Below are positions 13,498 through 14,227 of a DNA stretch of 14,227 bases, in pieces. This stretch comes from Clostridia bacterium. GTDB lineage: Bacteria; Bacillota; Clostridia; Christensenellales; Aristaeellaceae. Positions within the stretch are counted from its first letter, which is position 1, and every line of letters starts with the position of its first letter. Location: contig JAKSQG010000029.1 of assembly GCA_024404275.1 (NCBI GenBank), positions 1-14,227 of the forward strand, in the 5' to 3' direction. The notes below the pieces were generated by a model, which was not told the origin of the DNA, did no database searches, and was given only the letters and a program-made list of their open reading frames with translations. A program made the translations under genes and the position numbers.

Positions 13498-13600
13498 CTT
13501 TGACGGCATTTTCCCCCTGATTCCGTCCGCAAAACAAATACAATAAAAAATCAGCCGGCAACGTCCAAAAGCTTTATAATACGCGTCGGAGATGAATCAA

Positions 13601-14227
13601 ATGAAGGCTTTTGTGCAAGTACCGGATTACCTGCCCACCTTTCACTGCAAATGCGGCGCCTGCCGCTATCCCTGCTGTCATGGCTGGCCGATCGCCCTGA
13701 CAGAGGATGAATACTTTCATCTGATCGGCATCGAATGCTCCCCCGCGCTTCGGCGCAGGCTGGATACCACCATTCACATCCGCAATCATCCGTTTCCCGA
13801 AAACTACGCCGAGCTATCCCCCAACTGGCTGGGACTTTGTCCGCTTCAGCAGGAAGACGGTCTCTGCAGCCTGCAATGCGAAAAAGGAGAAAACGCTCTT
13901 CCGACTGTATGCCGTCTCTATCCGCGTTCCTTCAAAGCTCTGCATGGTCCCGAATGCGTCTGTATGGGCAGCTGTGAGGCGGTGCTGGAGCAGTTGTACA
14001 GCGTTTCAAATCAACTTCAATGGACCTCCATGACCATGGATATGCCTGATGTACAGCCCGAAGCGCCGCAAACGACTGCCGCACGTGATACCGTCATAGC
14101 CATGCTGCAGAATCGGTCCCTTCCGCTCCGGGAGCGCATCCGCCGTTTGCCCGGTTTGAGCAGCAGTATGGATCCTTCCCCCGTTCCCGCGATTGAGGTG
14201 CTGCTCCCGCTGTTTGAATCCCTGTCC
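13601..14227 (+). CDS. FliB/YkgJ-type cysteine-cluster protein (flagellin lysine-N-methylase family-like). N-terminal 209 codons only; the gene runs off the right window edge and is absent from the ORF track.
   Basis: My translation gives MKAFVQVPDYLPTFHCKCGACRYPCCHGWPIALTEDEYFHLIGIECSPALRRRLDTTIHIRNHPFPENYAELSPNWLGLCPLQQEDGLCSLQCEKGENALPTVCRLYPRSF..., with no stop to 14227. The motif F-x-C-x-C-x2-C-x3-CC-x-GW-x-I followed by C-P...DG-x-C-x-(L/I)...LP-x-x-CR-x-YPR is the pattern I associate with this family. GGAG (13588-13591) lies 9 nt upstream of the ATG at 13601. An alternative ATG at 13592 has no spacing from the GGAG. TATAAT lies at 13575-13580. Confidence 0.7.
   Translation, partial: MKAFVQVPDYLPTFHCKCGACRYPCCHGWPIALTEDEYFHLIGIECSPALRRRLDTTIHIRNHPFPENYAELSPNWLGLCPLQQEDGLCSLQCEKGENALPTVCRLYPRSFKALHGPECVCMGSCEAVLEQLYSVSNQLQWTSMTMDMPDVQPEAPQTTAARDTVIAMLQNRSLPLRERIRRLPGLSSSMDPSPVPAIEVLLPLFESLS

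Noticed and set aside
2019-13561. N-terminal extensions implied by the ORF track: cysK from 2087, Rrf2 from 2300, YczE-like from 8050, ROK from 8065, and the carboxypeptidase from 13561
   Set aside because: In each case an internal ATG has a properly spaced GGAG-type Shine-Dalgarno sequence and gives the family-typical N-terminus. The extensions overlap predicted promoters and add non-homologous residues.
1-14227. A search for CRISPR arrays, long direct or inverted repeats, insertion-sequence ends, integrase, transposase or phage genes, toxin-antitoxin pairs, defence-system hallmarks (nucleases, helicases, ATPases, methyltransferases, TIR/Sir2 and similar) and tRNA or rRNA genes
   Set aside because: None was found. 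Every sizeable ORF is accounted for by a housekeeping-type or envelope-related gene, and the intergenic regions are explained by promoters, leaders and terminators. I therefore do not claim a novel multi-gene system in this window.

Overview
This window looks like ordinary chromosomal sequence from a Gram-positive, Clostridia-like genome. Evidence for that placement is RNase Y, sigma-A-type -35/-10 promoters, strong GGAGG-type ribosome-binding sites, GC-rich third codon positions and AT-rich intergenic gaps. I can support 14 protein genes. Two are cut by the window edges and so are missing from the ORF track: 1-450 (-) and 13601-14227 (+). Left to right the genes are: a partial secreted Cys/His-rich repeat protein (-); a cysK-MOSC operon (-) divergent from an Rrf2 regulator (+); rny, RNase Y (-); an M42 aminopeptidase (+); a GltD/NfnB-like Fe-S flavoprotein (+); a YczE-like membrane protein (-); a ROK fructokinase-like kinase (+); a MATE-plus-acyl-ACP-thioesterase operon (-); a VanY/M15B-carboxypeptidase-plus-EstA-like-esterase operon (-); and a partial FliB/YkgJ-type Cys-cluster protein (+). 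Most units have a readable promoter and a rho-independent terminator. I see no rRNA, tRNA, CRISPR array, transposase, integrase, phage gene, toxin-antitoxin pair or recognisable defence module, and I cannot support a new multi-gene system here. The observations most worth checking are smaller. (1) An in-frame TAG truncates the M42 peptidase just before a still-intact, family-typical C-terminus. (2) The AT-rich gap upstream of rny holds a promoter, a mini-ORF and a terminator, which could be an sRNA, an upstream ORF or an attenuator. (3) The cysK leader carries a terminator/antiterminator with T-box-like hints, combined with an Rrf2 operator candidate. (4) The left-edge protein is exported and has an exact 47-residue Cys/His periodicity. 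All functional calls rest on my own recognition of translated motifs, because no searches could be run.
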